A stretch of DNA of 64,000 bases. It comes from Hydrurus foetidus. Its lineage: Eukaryota. Shown here one piece after another: positions 1 through 11,508 of the stretch. A model generated the notes under the pieces. The model was given only the letters and a program-made list of their open reading frames with translations, ran no database searches and was not told the origin of the DNA. The first letter of the stretch is position 1, and every line of letters starts with the position of its first letter. The stretch lies in the NCBI GenBank assembly GCA_900617105.1, contig UYFQ01000001.1, positions 2,232,001-2,296,000 of the forward strand. Direction: 5' to 3'. A program made the translations under genes and the position numbers.

Positions 1-603
1 GATGCCGACAACGCGGCGTTGGTGCAAGGCCTGCACGCCACACGCAGCGGCCGCACGGAGCGCGCCAAAGAAATGTCTGACGGCCTGGCCAAGGTCGGCA
101 TCAAAGGTGCGTACGAAGGCGCCTTGAAGTTTGTAGGCAACCCAGAGCTGATTTCACGCACTCACTTTGCCCGCTTTTTAGTTGAAAGCGGCGTGTGCAG
201 CGAAACCAATGAAGTCTTTCGCAAGTACCTGACCGAAGGCAAACCGGGCTATGTGCCGCACCGCTGGGCGAGCTTGAAAGACGCTGTGAACTGGATCACC
301 GGAGCAGGTGGCGTCGCCATCATTGCGCACCCGGCCCGCTACAAGTTCACGCCGAATGAAGAATACGCACTGTTCACTGAATTCAAGGCTCACGGCGGGC
401 GTGGGGTAGAAGTCGTGACCGGCAGCCACACTGCGGCTGAATACGTGCGCTACGCCGAAACCGCAACAGAGTTTGGCATGGTCGCTTCGCGCGGCAGCGA
501 CTTTCACAGCCCCGAAGAAAGCCGCACCGATTTAGGCGCACTGCCGTTTTTGCCGGGCGCCTTAACGCCGGTGTGGGAACTGCTGGCCGACCGGGTTCAG
601 TGA
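1..603 (+). CDS. PHP-domain phosphoesterase (YciV/RNase AM-like), 5' end outside the window
   Basis: Motifs SRTHFARFL, IIAHPARY and SRGSDFH are typical of the PHP/TrpH family; frame is open from the window start; precedes a YciO-like gene as in other proteobacteria. Confidence 0.85.
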   Translation, partial: DADNAALVQGLHATRSGRTERAKEMSDGLAKVGIKGAYEGALKFVGNPELISRTHFARFLVESGVCSETNEVFRKYLTEGKPGYVPHRWASLKDAVNWITGAGGVAIIAHPARYKFTPNEEYALFTEFKAHGGRGVEVVTGSHTAAEYVRYAETATEFGMVASRGSDFHSPEESRTDLGALPFLPGALTPVWELLADRVQ

Positions 604-671
604 CATCGGCAGCGCTGTAGCGGCCAAGACCTGATCACCTGAGCGGCATCGTGTTTGTTTGCCTCATTTTC

Positions 672-1307
672 ATGCCCCAACTCTTTGAAGTTCACCCCGA
701 CAACCCGCAACCACGCTTGCTCAAGCAAGCCGCTGAGTTGCTGGAACGTGGCGGCATTGCGGCAGTGCCCACTGATTCAAGTTATGCGCTGGTTTGCCAC
801 CTGGACGACAAAGCCGCCGCCGACGCGCTGAGGCGTATCCGCGGAGTAGACGACAAACACCACCTTACGCTGCTGTGCCGGGACTTGTCAGAACTCAGCC
901 TGTATGCGCGCGTTGACAACAAGCAATTCCGATTGCTCAAAGCGGCAACCCCCGGCCCGTTCACTTTTATTTTGAACGCCAGCAAAGAAGTGCCGCGCCG
1001 ATTGAGCCACCCGTCGCGCAAAACCATTGGCCTGCGCGTGCCCGACCACAAAGCGCTGCAAGCCCTGCTAGAGCTGCACGGCGCACCGCTGCTGTCGACC
1101 ACGTTAATCGCCCCGGGCCAGACTGAGCCTATCAACGACGCTGACGCCATACGCAACGCCTTTGGTCACGAGCTGGCCGCCATCGTTGACGCAGGCGCCT
1201 GCTTTCATCAACCCACTACCGTTGTCGACTTGACAGGCATGGATGATGGCGGCGATCCAGTAGTGGTGCGGCTCGGCAGGGGCAACCTGGCGCTGCTCGG
1301 TCTTTGA
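672..1307 (+). CDS. Sua5/YciO/YrdC family protein (threonylcarbamoyl-AMP synthase-like)
   Basis: HPDNPQPRL, PTDSSYAL, TPGPFTFIL and KTIGLRVPD motifs; ATG at 672 chosen. Confidence 0.9.
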   Translation: MPQLFEVHPDNPQPRLLKQAAELLERGGIAAVPTDSSYALVCHLDDKAAADALRRIRGVDDKHHLTLLCRDLSELSLYARVDNKQFRLLKAATPGPFTFILNASKEVPRRLSHPSRKTIGLRVPDHKALQALLELHGAPLLSTTLIAPGQTEPINDADAIRNAFGHELAAIVDAGACFHQPTTVVDLTGMDDGGDPVVVRLGRGNLALLGL

Positions 1308-1358
1308 ATTTCGTTGAAGCCAGACCGGCCAATGCTGCTGGTCTGAGACAATTCAACA

Positions 1359-2039
1359 ATGGATATTGCAAACGTCATTCAAACCATCGCTATTTACGCA
1401 CTGCCGGTTCTGTTCGCCATCACGCTGCACGAGGCAGCGCACGGCTACGTGGCACGCTACTTTGGCGACGACACCGCATGGGTGCTGGGCCGGGTAACGT
1501 TAAACCCGCTTAAACACATTGACCCGGTCGGCACCATTTTGATGCCCGCCATGATGTACCTGGCCACTTTCGCCATTCCCGGCGGGCCGTTTATTTTGGG
1601 CTACGCCAAACCCGTGCCCGTGCGCTTTGGCAACTTGCGTAACCCCAAACGTCACATGATTTGGGTCGCCCTGGCCGGACCCGGCATCAACTTTATTCAG
1701 GCCCTGTTGTGGGCTGTGATGTTTGTGCTGCTCGACACCACCGATGTGGCAGACGACTTTTTTGTGCAAATGGCCAAAGCCGGTATTGTGGTTAACCTGG
1801 CGTTGGCGGTACTGAATTTGTTCCCCTTACCGCCACTTGATGGCGGCCGAATCGCAGTCGGCGTGCTGCCGTGGAAGTACGGGCAATACCTCGCGCGCGT
1901 GGAGCCGTTTGGATTTTTTATTGTGCTGGGCTTGATTGTCTTCAAAGTATTTGGGCCGCTGTGGATGGAGCCGATGATGGCGCTGTCATACCGACTGTTG
2001 AACGTGCTCATCACGCCGCTGGCCATGCTGCTTCGATAA
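1359..2039 (+). CDS. Site-2 protease family (M50) membrane metalloprotease
   Basis: HEAAH zinc motif, NLFPLPPLDGG motif, hydrophobic helices. Confidence 0.92.
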   Translation: MDIANVIQTIAIYALPVLFAITLHEAAHGYVARYFGDDTAWVLGRVTLNPLKHIDPVGTILMPAMMYLATFAIPGGPFILGYAKPVPVRFGNLRNPKRHMIWVALAGPGINFIQALLWAVMFVLLDTTDVADDFFVQMAKAGIVVNLALAVLNLFPLPPLDGGRIAVGVLPWKYGQYLARVEPFGFFIVLGLIVFKVFGPLWMEPMMALSYRLLNVLITPLAMLLR

Positions 2040-2060
2040 CTGTTTGTTGATTCATTACTC

Positions 2061-3398
2061 ATGCAAAAGCCCACCCCTCAGCGATTTTTAACCGGTATCA
2101 CCACCTCAGGTACACCGCATTTGGGTAACTATGTGGGTTCTATCCGCCCCTCTGTGGCAGCCAGCCAAGGTGTAAATGCGGAGAGTTTTTATTTTTTGGC
2201 CGACTACCACGCGCTGGTTAAATGCGCCGATCCGCTGCGGGTGCAGCGCTCAACACTGGAGATAGCGGCAAGCTGGTTAGCAGCCGGGCTAGACCCCGAG
2301 CGCGTAACGTTTTACCGCCAATCAGATATCCCTGAAATCCCCGAGCTCACCTGGTTTTTAACTTGTGTCACAGGCAAGGGCGTACTCAATCGGGCGCATG
2401 CCTATAAATCTCAAGTCGATAAAAACACCGCGCAAGGTGCTGACGCAGACGACGACGTTTCAGCCGGTTTGTTCATGTACCCGGTGCTGATGGCCGCTGA
2501 TATTTTGATGTTCAAAGCTCATCAGGTACCGGTGGGCAGAGATCAAATACAGCATATCGAAATGGCGCGCGACATGGCCAACTCTTTTAACCATTTGTAT
2601 GGTGACTTGTTGGTGCTGCCTGCGGCGTTAATTGAAGAATCGGTGGCCACCCTGCCCGGCCTCGACGGTCGAAAAATGAGCAAAAGTTATGACAACACCA
2701 TCCCGCTGTTTTCATCGCGCAGCGAGCTAAAAAAGTTAATTGCAGGCATCGTCACGGACTCTACCCCGCCCGGCCAGCCCAAAGCAGTTGAAGGCTCTGC
2801 ACTGTTTCAAATTTACCAAGCCTTTGCCAGCCTTGAAGAAACTGCCGCGCTACGCCAAGCGTATGCCAGTGGCATTGCCTGGGGAGAGGCGAAAACTTTG
2901 CTGTTTGAACGCATTGAGCGCGACGTAGCGCCGATGCGCGAGCGATACGAGGCGTTGATGGCAAACCCCGCAAATATTGAAGCCATTTTGCAAGCAGGCG
3001 CAAAAAAAGCGAGGTCAGTCGCTCAGCCGTTGATGCAGCAGCTGCGCAGTGCAGTTGGCCTGCGGTCGCTGTCTGTGGGCACTGAGGCGGGGGCTAAAGA
3101 CAAGCCAGCGGGCGCAAGCAAACCAGCGCTGGCCAGCTTCAAACAGTACCGCGAATCTGACGGTCAGTTCTACTTCAAACTCAGCAGCAGCAACGCAGAA
3201 GTGCTGCTGCAAAGCAAGGGGTTCGCTGCCCCCAAAGAAGCGGGCCAGGCCATAGCGCAGTTACAACTGGGCGGTGCCAAAGCGCTGGAGGTAATAAACA
3301 GCCACGTACAACCCCTTAGCCCAGCGCAGCAAGAGCGTGCTTTTATTGAACTGGCGGCACTTGCTGGTAGCAAAAATACGCCGAATGGTAGAAACTAG
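2061..3398 (+). CDS. trpS: Tryptophan--tRNA ligase with C-terminal extension
   Basis: HLGN (HIGH-like), YPVLMAADIL, VPVGRDQ and KMSKS motifs. Confidence 0.96.
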   Translation: MQKPTPQRFLTGITTSGTPHLGNYVGSIRPSVAASQGVNAESFYFLADYHALVKCADPLRVQRSTLEIAASWLAAGLDPERVTFYRQSDIPEIPELTWFLTCVTGKGVLNRAHAYKSQVDKNTAQGADADDDVSAGLFMYPVLMAADILMFKAHQVPVGRDQIQHIEMARDMANSFNHLYGDLLVLPAALIEESVATLPGLDGRKMSKSYDNTIPLFSSRSELKKLIAGIVTDSTPPGQPKAVEGSALFQIYQAFASLEETAALRQAYASGIAWGEAKTLLFERIERDVAPMRERYEALMANPANIEAILQAGAKKARSVAQPLMQQLRSAVGLRSLSVGTEAGAKDKPAGASKPALASFKQYRESDGQFYFKLSSSNAEVLLQSKGFAAPKEAGQAIAQLQLGGAKALEVINSHVQPLSPAQQERAFIELAALAGSKNTPNGRN

Positions 3399-3533
3399 AA
3401 ATTTAACCTATTTCCATGTAAGTACTAAGCGTGAAAAAGTACCGAAATTAATAAAATATTCGTAACATTGACTTGACTAACACGGGTATGATGCGGGTTT
3501 GTTGCTTACTGTTTAACCTGACTGTGCTGAATC

Positions 3534-4118
3534 ATGCGTATTTTCGTTATTGACGACCACCCCCTCATGCGCGAGGCCATCGCCATGCTGCTGCGCCGGT
3601 TGAGCCCGTCTTCTGTGGTGACAGAGCTTGACCGCATGGCTGTGATTGGCCCTGCCATCAAAACTCAGGGCGTGCCTGACTTGTTTTGTCTCGACCTGAA
3701 GTTGCCCGATACCCACGGCGTGTCTGGCATTCGCGAATTAAAACAGCTCTACCCCGACACGCCGATCGTGGTGCTTTCGGCTTCGCCCGCGCGCGACTAT
3801 GAAGACCTCGCAGTCGAAGCCGGTGCCGTGCTGTACATCGAAAAATCGGCGGGTGCCACTGAAATTGGCAATGAACTTCGCGGGTTTTTAAGCGAAATTG
3901 CGAACGAGGAATCACCGCAGCCGCTCGAAAAATTATCCAAACGCCAAAAGCAATTGCTGGTGCTGCTGGACAAGGGCTTGAGCAACCGCGACATTGCCGA
4001 GTCGCTTGAAATCAGTGAACACACCGTTAAAGTGCATTTGTGGCGCCTGTTTCGCCGCCTCAATGTCAAAAGCAGATCACAGGCCAGCCACTTGGCACGC
4101 ACGAGCGGCCTGCTGTAG
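3534..4118 (+). CDS. NarL/LuxR-family response regulator
   Basis: Receiver domain (IDDH...DLKLPD...K) plus LuxR HTH (LSKRQ...GLSNRDIAESLEISEHTVKVH). Confidence 0.92.
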   Translation: MRIFVIDDHPLMREAIAMLLRRLSPSSVVTELDRMAVIGPAIKTQGVPDLFCLDLKLPDTHGVSGIRELKQLYPDTPIVVLSASPARDYEDLAVEAGAVLYIEKSAGATEIGNELRGFLSEIANEESPQPLEKLSKRQKQLLVLLDKGLSNRDIAESLEISEHTVKVHLWRLFRRLNVKSRSQASHLARTSGLL

Positions 4119-4135
4119 CTCGATTACTTCCTGCG

Positions 4136-5536
4136 CTAGGCTGCTGCGCCTTCCAGCAACTCTTCAGATTCGGCAGCCTTAACGTCGATCCAAAATACGC
4201 TGCCAACGCCAACTGCAGAGCGCAGGCCCACCCGGTGCTCAAGCGCCTGACTCAAACGCATCACAATTGCCAAGCCAAGGCCAAAACCCTCTTGCGTACC
4301 GGCTGATGGCGCGCGGTAAAACTCTTCGAAAATTGCTTTGCGGTGTTCTGCAGCGATGCCAGTTCCGGTGTCAGCCACCTCAATACGCCATTTGGATTTT
4401 CGCCACTTCACTGACAGCATCACGCTGCCGCGCTGCGTGTGTTTGAAAGCGTTGGTCAAAAAATTTCCCAGCAAACGTTTGATCAAAACCGGGTCAGTCC
4501 ATAACGTTCCGGGCTCTGTCATCACCTGCAAATCCAGCCCCCGCTCTACGGCTACCGCTTCAAACTGCTGCTTCATTCCCTGCAGCAGCTCTTCCAGGTC
4601 AACCGCCTGCAGGCTAACGCGCAGCGGGTCGGAATTGAGACCAGAAAAATAAAACAGCGAATCAAACAACTCGTCAAGCACTTGGGTAGATCGAACAATT
4701 TTGGGCGTGATTTGCTGAGCCAAATGCGGGTCATCGGTTAGCCAGCCTGCGTACAGGTTAAGGGCATGCACGGGCTGGCGCAAATCGTGCGCAGCACTCG
4801 CAATAAAGCGGTTTTTAGTGGCCACTGCTTGCAAGGCGGAGCGACTCTTTTCAGTCAAGGAGGCTATCAGCACCGTGTTGTCAAATTGCAGCTCGAGTCC
4901 GCCGCGCAGCGTTTGGTGCAAACGTTTGGCACCCGTGCGCACCAGCGCCCAAAACGTCGCCATCAGAAGGACCAGCATCAACACCTCGCGGGCTGATGGC
5001 AAGCCCAGGGTACTACTGCTTGCGCGCGCCACCAAAGCAACCGCAGCTGACACCATCAGAGAATCTACAAAAGCCAGCGCACACCAGCGCCTGGCACCAA
5101 AACTGTTGATGGCCATGCCAGCAACCCCAACCAAAACAAGCAGGCAGGCAAACTGGTCAAAAATCGATGCTTGCAGAAAAAACAGCCAAACTGAACTACC
5201 CCACAATGCAGCGCTGAGTGGCCACAACCATTCACAACGGCGCATAAAAGCCTCAGCAGGCTCGCCACTTACCCCTCGCAACTGCTTGTGATAGGCGCGA
5301 ACCACCCCAAACCTCGCCGCAGTCACACTCAACATGGCCGCTACCCACAGGGCAAGCGGCATGCTAGGGACGCTGTCAAACAACAGCACCCCAATCACCG
5401 CGGACACAATGGTTGTGGCGTAAAGCGAGCGCACCACATCCCGCATAAAAACGCGAAGCAGCTGCGTTTCCACCCAATCCGCTTTGTCAATCTTTTCGTG
5501 TGGGGGCGGAAGCGTGACGCTTTCAAAAGAATTCAT
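4136..5536 (-). CDS. Membrane sensor histidine kinase
   Basis: Several TM helices, H-box ASAAHDLRQP, N-box NFLTNAFKHT, G boxes DTGTGI and GFGLGL. Confidence 0.92.
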   Translation of the reverse strand: MNSFESVTLPPPHEKIDKADWVETQLLRVFMRDVVRSLYATTIVSAVIGVLLFDSVPSMPLALWVAAMLSVTAARFGVVRAYHKQLRGVSGEPAEAFMRRCEWLWPLSAALWGSSVWLFFLQASIFDQFACLLVLVGVAGMAINSFGARRWCALAFVDSLMVSAAVALVARASSSTLGLPSAREVLMLVLLMATFWALVRTGAKRLHQTLRGGLELQFDNTVLIASLTEKSRSALQAVATKNRFIASAAHDLRQPVHALNLYAGWLTDDPHLAQQITPKIVRSTQVLDELFDSLFYFSGLNSDPLRVSLQAVDLEELLQGMKQQFEAVAVERGLDLQVMTEPGTLWTDPVLIKRLLGNFLTNAFKHTQRGSVMLSVKWRKSKWRIEVADTGTGIAAEHRKAIFEEFYRAPSAGTQEGFGLGLAIVMRLSQALEHRVGLRSAVGVGSVFWIDVKAAESEELLEGAAA

Positions 5537-5632
5537 CGCACAAGTTTACAGGCGCGCAGACGATGGCTGCACGCTGGGTTTGCCAAACCGTTGGCGTACC
5601 CTTGCACAAGCCGCGACCGTTCAAAAACACGA

Positions 5633-5664
5633 AAAGCCCTTGCGGCATTTGCTGCAAGGGCTTT
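5633..5664 (-). terminator. Probable intrinsic terminator downstream of tRNA-Ser
   Basis: Inverted repeat AAAGCCCTTGC...GCAAGGGCTTT just 3' of the tRNA CCA end. Confidence 0.7.
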
Positions 5665-5672
5665 CGATTCGA

Positions 5673-5704
<32 letters not shown>

Positions 5705-5760
5705 ACTTGCGCTACGCCTGATTTCGAATCAGGTACATTCGGCCACTCTGCCACCTCTCC
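5673..5760 (-). tRNA. tRNA-Ser (anticodon CGA)
   Basis: Reverse complement reads GGAGAGGTGGCAGAGTGG...CCTGA-TT-CGA-AA-TCAGG, long variable arm, GGTTCGAATCC, CTCTCCGCCA; 88 nt with encoded CCA; directly downstream of serS. Confidence 0.97.
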
Positions 5761-5776
5761 GCGTGCCCCAATTCTA

Positions 5777-7105
<1,329 letters not shown>

Positions 7106-7116
7106 TTAAAAATCTT

Positions 7117-8064
7117 TTAAATAAGCGTGGCCGGGTCTACATTAGCACCACAAATAACCAGGCAAACTTTTTCATCTGGGCGCGGGCAGTAAACGCCGCT
7201 GTGAAGCGCCGCCAACGGCAACGAAGCGGCTGGCTCTACCGCCAGTTTGAGTTCTTTCCACAACCACAGCTGCGCGGCGCGAATGGATTCGTCGGTCAGC
7301 AGCAGCGCGTCACGCACATGCGCTTGCGTCGCTTCCCACGCCAAACCGCCTATGCGTTTTGCGCCCAACGAATCTGCCGCCAAGCCGCCGACGGGAACGT
7401 CAACCGGATACCCTGCCGTCCGGGCATTAAACAGCGTCGGCGCAAGCTCGGGCTCCAACGCCACCACGCGGCTGCGCTGCGTAAACCAGCTGGCCACACC
7501 GCCAATCAAACCGACACCGCCGACGCTGACCAACACCGAATCAGGCACGCCGCCCTGCTGCTCAATTTCAAGCGCCAGCGTGCCGCTGCCCACCAGCACT
7601 TCAATTTGGTCGTACGCATGAGCCAGCAAAGCGCCGGTTTGCGCCTGGCGCTCAAGACAAGCCTTGAGCGCATCGGCGTACACACTGCCGGCCAACACCA
7701 CATGCGCGCCCAGCGCCGCGAGTTTGGCGCGCTTGGCCGGGCTGGACACCTCGGGCAAAAACACCTCGCAGCGAACACCCAACTCTTTGGCAGCCGCCGC
7801 CACGGCAATACCGGCGTTGCCGCCTGACGCAATTACCACGCCGCGGTCGGGAATCGGGTTGGACAGCAGCCGGTTCAACATGCCGCGCGCCTTGAAGCTG
7901 CCACCAGTTTGCAAATGCTCCAGCTTGAGCCACACCTCATCGCAGTTCACACCCAGCGCCTTGCCGGGTAATTTCCACAGCGGTGTTTGGTGAATAAAGT
8001 GGCTGTACTTTTGCGCAAAAGCAGAATGGCACTGCTCAATGGCGGCGTGATGGATAGTGGTCAC
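7117..8064 (-). CDS. PLP-dependent threonine/serine dehydratase family protein
   Basis: KLEHLQTGGSFKARG (PLP lysine), SGGNAG and CGANVD motifs. Confidence 0.88.
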   Translation of the reverse strand: MTTIHHAAIEQCHSAFAQKYSHFIHQTPLWKLPGKALGVNCDEVWLKLEHLQTGGSFKARGMLNRLLSNPIPDRGVVIASGGNAGIAVAAAAKELGVRCEVFLPEVSSPAKRAKLAALGAHVVLAGSVYADALKACLERQAQTGALLAHAYDQIEVLVGSGTLALEIEQQGGVPDSVLVSVGGVGLIGGVASWFTQRSRVVALEPELAPTLFNARTAGYPVDVPVGGLAADSLGAKRIGGLAWEATQAHVRDALLLTDESIRAAQLWLWKELKLAVEPAASLPLAALHSGVYCPRPDEKVCLVICGANVDPATLI

Positions 8065-8133
8065 TGGTGTTCAGCTTTTGAGCGGTGAATAGCGAATTTA
8101 CACGATTCTAGGCACTTTTTGAGCATTAAAAGT

Positions 8134-8181
8134 GCCTGTAGCCGAATAAGTACGGGCGCGAGCAGCTATTAAATAAATAGC
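8134..8181 (+). repeat. 48-bp dispersed double-palindrome element, copy 1
   Basis: GCCTGTA-GCCGAATAAGTACGGGC-GCGAGCA-GCTATTAAATAAATAGC; its 5' end also forms one arm of the hairpin AGGCACTTTT...AAAAGTGCCT (8110-8137). Confidence 0.92.
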
Positions 8182-8204
8182 GAATAAATCTTGACCGAAT
8201 CAAC

Positions 8205-9194
8205 TCAAATTTGCTGATGCAGAGTGCTTTGCCCTGCGCTCAGCTCGCCCTGCGCGTCCAGCTTCAAACCTTTGGGCAGCGGGAATTTGATTGTCTCTTC
8301 AATGCCATCCATTTTGCGAATCGACACTGCGCCCAGCGCTTTGATGCGGTCTATCACTTGTTTGACCAAAATTTCGGGAGCCGACGCGCCGGCAGTCAAC
8401 CCCACCGTTGCCATGCCTTCAAACCAGCTTTCTTTCAACTCGCTAGCGTCGTCGACCATGTAGGCCTCGGTGCCCAGCTTGGCCGCTAGCTCACGCAGGC
8501 GGTTGCTGTTTGAGCTGGTCGGGCTGCCCACCACAATCACAATATCGACTTGTGAGCTGAGCACTTTCACCGCGTCTTGCCGGTTTTGTGTGGCGTAGCA
8601 AATGTCTTGCATTTTGGGGGAGCGCACCAGCGGGAAACGCGCTTTTACAGCAGCGGTGATCTCTGCCGCATCGTCGACGCTCAGCGTGGTTTGCGTCACC
8701 ACGGCCAGCAGCTCGGTTTGCAGCGGACTGATGCGGCCGACGTCCGCAACGTCTTCAACCAGATGGATGCCGCTGTCGAGCTGGCCCATCGTGCCTTCGA
8801 CCTCGGGGTGGCCTTTATGACCAATCATGATGAACTCGTAGCCTTCCTTGTGCAGCTTGGCGACTTCAACGTGTACCTTGGTCACCAGCGGGCAGGTGGC
8901 GTCAAAGATTTGAAAGCCGCGCCGCTCAGCTTCCAGCTGAATGGCCTTGCTCACGCCATGCGCGCTGAACACCAGTGTGGCACCGGGCGGCACGTCGGCT
9001 AGCTCTTCAATAAAAATCGCACCTTTGTCTTTCAGGTCATTGACGACATAGGTGTTATGAACAATTTCATGCCGCACATAAATGGGTGCGCCGAATTTGG
9101 TCAGGGCGCGTTCAACGATTTCAATGGCACGGTCAACGCCGGCGCAAAAGCCGCGGGGCTCGGCAAGCAAGATTTCTTGAGGCAGAGTTGTCAT
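8205..9194 (-). CDS. ispH: 4-hydroxy-3-methylbut-2-enyl diphosphate reductase
   Basis: [24 protein letters not shown] and SSNS motifs. Confidence 0.98.
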   Translation of the reverse strand: MTTLPQEILLAEPRGFCAGVDRAIEIVERALTKFGAPIYVRHEIVHNTYVVNDLKDKGAIFIEELADVPPGATLVFSAHGVSKAIQLEAERRGFQIFDATCPLVTKVHVEVAKLHKEGYEFIMIGHKGHPEVEGTMGQLDSGIHLVEDVADVGRISPLQTELLAVVTQTTLSVDDAAEITAAVKARFPLVRSPKMQDICYATQNRQDAVKVLSSQVDIVIVVGSPTSSNSNRLRELAAKLGTEAYMVDDASELKESWFEGMATVGLTAGASAPEILVKQVIDRIKALGAVSIRKMDGIEETIKFPLPKGLKLDAQGELSAGQSTLHQQI

Positions 9195-9661
9195 AACACT
9201 CCAATTACGTTGACTTCAAAAACAACTGGCTGACCAGCAAGCGGGTGGTTGAAGTCAAACTGCACGGCATCGCCCACGCCTTTGACTTGCACCACGTTAC
9301 CCGCATACTGCCCTTGCCCGTCAGGCATAGGGAACTGCACCACGTCGCCCATTTTGTAGGCTTCGTCAGGGTCGCCCAGCTCATTGAGCAGCTTGCGCGC
9401 TACCCATTGAATCAGGTCGGCATTGCGCTCACCAAAAGCGGCACCCGCAGGCAGCTCAAACTTGGTGTGGGTGCCTTCGCTCAAGCCCAACAAGTGTTGC
9501 TCAATGGCAGGAGACAACTGCCCCGTACCCAGGCTGAGCGTGGCGGGCTTTGAGCCAAAGGTATTGATGATGTCCACGCCATCGGGCCCGGCCATGCGGT
9601 AATGCAGGGTCAGAAATGAGGACGCGTCAATGACGGGAGCTGATGGCTGAACAACGGACAT
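9191..9661 (-). CDS. fkpB: FKBP-type peptidyl-prolyl isomerase (SlpA/FkpB-like)
   Basis: TLHYR, AAFGER and DFNHPLAG motifs; overlaps the ispH start as in the fkpB-ispH gene pair; ATG at 9661 chosen because the longer ORF overlaps radC. Confidence 0.85.
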   Translation of the reverse strand: MSVVQPSAPVIDASSFLTLHYRMAGPDGVDIINTFGSKPATLSLGTGQLSPAIEQHLLGLSEGTHTKFELPAGAAFGERNADLIQWVARKLLNELGDPDEAYKMGDVVQFPMPDGQGQYAGNVVQVKGVGDAVQFDFNHPLAGQPVVFEVNVIGVL

Positions 9662-9743
9662 AAAACTTTTCTGGCAAAGCCCGGGGGTAAAGAACTGTTT
9701 GTAAACTGCCCTCATTGTAGAAAGTAAGTCCAGTGACATCCTT

Positions 9744-10418
9744 ATGCTGATAAAAGACCTGCCCCACGACGCCCGCCCGCGTGAAAAGCTGCTGGCCCGT
9801 GGCCCCGGCGCGCTCAGTGACGCCGAATTGCTGGCGCTACTGCTGCGCACCGGCTTGCCCGGCAAAAACGCTCTGCAAATGGGTCAGGAGTTGGTCGACA
9901 CCTTTGGCGGCATTGGCGGGCTGCTGCACACCAGCGCAGATGCGCTCAAAAAAATCAAAGGCGTGGGGCCTGCCAAACGTGCCGAAATTGTGGCGGTACT
10001 TGAACTGGCCCGGCGCGCTTTGGCCAGTCAGCTTAAAGAAAAAACCATGTTCGCGTCGCCCCAAGCCATACGCGACTATTTGCAGTTGCAGCTCGGCGGG
10101 CGTGACCACGAAATTTTTGCCGTGCTGTTTTTAGACACCTCGCACCGGCTGATCGTGCTCGAAGAAATGTTCAGAGGCACATTGACGCAAACCAGCGTGT
10201 ACCCGCGTGAAGTCGTGGTGCGCGCATTGGCCTTGAACGCAGCCAACGTGGTACTGGCCCACAACCACCCCAGCGGCATTGCGCAGCCGTCTCGGGCCGA
10301 TGAGTCGATTACGCAAACATTAAAAGCTGCGCTGGCGTTGGTTGATGTGCGCGTGCTGGATCATTTCATCGTGACCGCAAATGAAGCTGTGTCAATGAGC
10401 GAGCTGGGGCTGATGTAA
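9744..10418 (+). CDS. radC: RadC/YicR JAB-domain protein
   Basis: RPREKLL...LSDAELLA, HhH region, VYPREVV, AHNHPSG and VLDHFIV motifs. Confidence 0.95.
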   Translation: MLIKDLPHDARPREKLLARGPGALSDAELLALLLRTGLPGKNALQMGQELVDTFGGIGGLLHTSADALKKIKGVGPAKRAEIVAVLELARRALASQLKEKTMFASPQAIRDYLQLQLGGRDHEIFAVLFLDTSHRLIVLEEMFRGTLTQTSVYPREVVVRALALNAANVVLAHNHPSGIAQPSRADESITQTLKAALALVDVRVLDHFIVTANEAVSMSELGLM

Positions 10419-10421
10419 GCG

Positions 10422-11078
10422 ATGAAAGCGCTCGCCATCAAAGATTTAAAAGGGCTCAAAGCCGTAAAGGCCGAGCTGGAGGCGCGCGTCAAACTGGCCA
10501 AAGAAATGGAAGCTGCACGCAAGGCGGCGATTGCCAAAGCAAAAGCTGAGCAAGATTTTTTTGCGTTGGCGGTTGGCCCCATCAAACCGCTGCCCGCCAA
10601 GCACCGCCCCGGTCACCGCGCCAGCTTGCCGGTAGTGCAAGCCGCACCCATTGCCGTGCAGCACCAATTAGATGAGCTGGCCGTGATGCGCGAAGCACTG
10701 TCAGACGAATTTGATGTGGAAACCCTGCTGGATACCGACGACGCACTGAGCTACCGGCGCACGGGTATTGGCACAGACGTGACCCGCAAATTGCGCAAAG
10801 GCGGCTGGAGCATTCAAGGCCAGGTCGACCTGCACGGCCTGCGGCGTGAAGAAGCGCGCGAGGCACTGGTTGACTTCATCAAAGACGCCGCCCGCATGGG
10901 TTGGCGCTGCGTGCGCGTGGTGCACGGCAAGGGCTTGGGCTCGCCCGGCAAAACGCCTGTGCTTAAAGCCAAAGTGCAAAGCTGGTTGATTCAAAAGCAG
11001 GAAGTGTTGGCCTTTGTGCAGGCCCGGCCTGCGCATGGAGGCGCGGGCGCGCTGGTGGTGCTGCTGGCGCAAAGTTGA
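10422..11078 (+). CDS. Smr/MutS2 C-terminal domain endonuclease
   Basis: VDLHGL, VVHGKG and GGAGALVVLL motifs. Confidence 0.92.
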   Translation: MKALAIKDLKGLKAVKAELEARVKLAKEMEAARKAAIAKAKAEQDFFALAVGPIKPLPAKHRPGHRASLPVVQAAPIAVQHQLDELAVMREALSDEFDVETLLDTDDALSYRRTGIGTDVTRKLRKGGWSIQGQVDLHGLRREEAREALVDFIKDAARMGWRCVRVVHGKGLGSPGKTPVLKAKVQSWLIQKQEVLAFVQARPAHGGAGALVVLLAQS

Positions 11079-11081
11079 ATT

Positions 11082-11129
11082 ACTATTTATTTGATAGCTG
11101 CTTGCGCCCGTATTTATTGGGCTCAAGGC
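11082..11129 (-). repeat. 48-bp dispersed element, copy 2
   Basis: Plus strand ACTATTTATTTGATAGC-TGCTTGC-GCCCGTATTTATTGGGC-TCAAGGC. Confidence 0.92.
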
Positions 11130-11175
11130 ACTTAAGGCAGAAAAATTAGCCTGAAAACCAGGTTTTAACTGATTT

Positions 11176-11505
11176 TCACCCCCAAGACCGCGTCAACAGT
11201 TCGTCCAGCGCGTCAGCAATGGCTTGGCCGCTTGCAGCCGCCGACGTGACATGCGCACCAAGCTGGTCAATGGCCACGGACACCATGTCCAGTGGGTGCA
11301 GTACCACGGCAATGTCTTCAATCAAAAACTCAGGATTCATGCGCGAGCCCGCCGCGCTGGCTCCAGCAGGCAGCGCTGTGCGGCGCACCAACGGCACCAC
11401 CACGCGCCTGCGGTAGCCGTCAAACAATGACGATTGCACGATGACGACGAATGGAATCGACTCTCTCAAAGCACCTTTGTTGCGGTGTACATCGAACTGA
11501 GCCAT
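11176..11505 (-). CDS. ccdB: CcdB-family toxin
   Basis: MAQFDVHRN...PFVVIVQS...RRVVVPLV...NPEF, ending I-x-DALD-x-L...WG; downstream of a CcdA-like gene. Confidence 0.85.
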   Translation of the reverse strand: MAQFDVHRNKGALRESIPFVVIVQSSLFDGYRRRVVVPLVRRTALPAGASAAGSRMNPEFLIEDIAVVLHPLDMVSVAIDQLGAHVTSAAASGQAIADALDELLTRSWG

Positions 11506-11508
11506 TGC

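Noticed and set aside
3468..3492. Sigma70 promoter TTGACT...TATGAT upstream of the response regulator
   Set aside because: Spacing is 13 bp (or 8 bp from the second TTGACT), outside the usual 16-18 bp.
3399..5700. Integrative element at tRNA-Ser
   Set aside because: No integrase and no duplicated tRNA 3' end (att site) were found by eye.
9744..10418. radC as a marker of a mobile element
   Set aside because: It is the full-length chromosomal form with the N-terminal HhH region, set among housekeeping genes.
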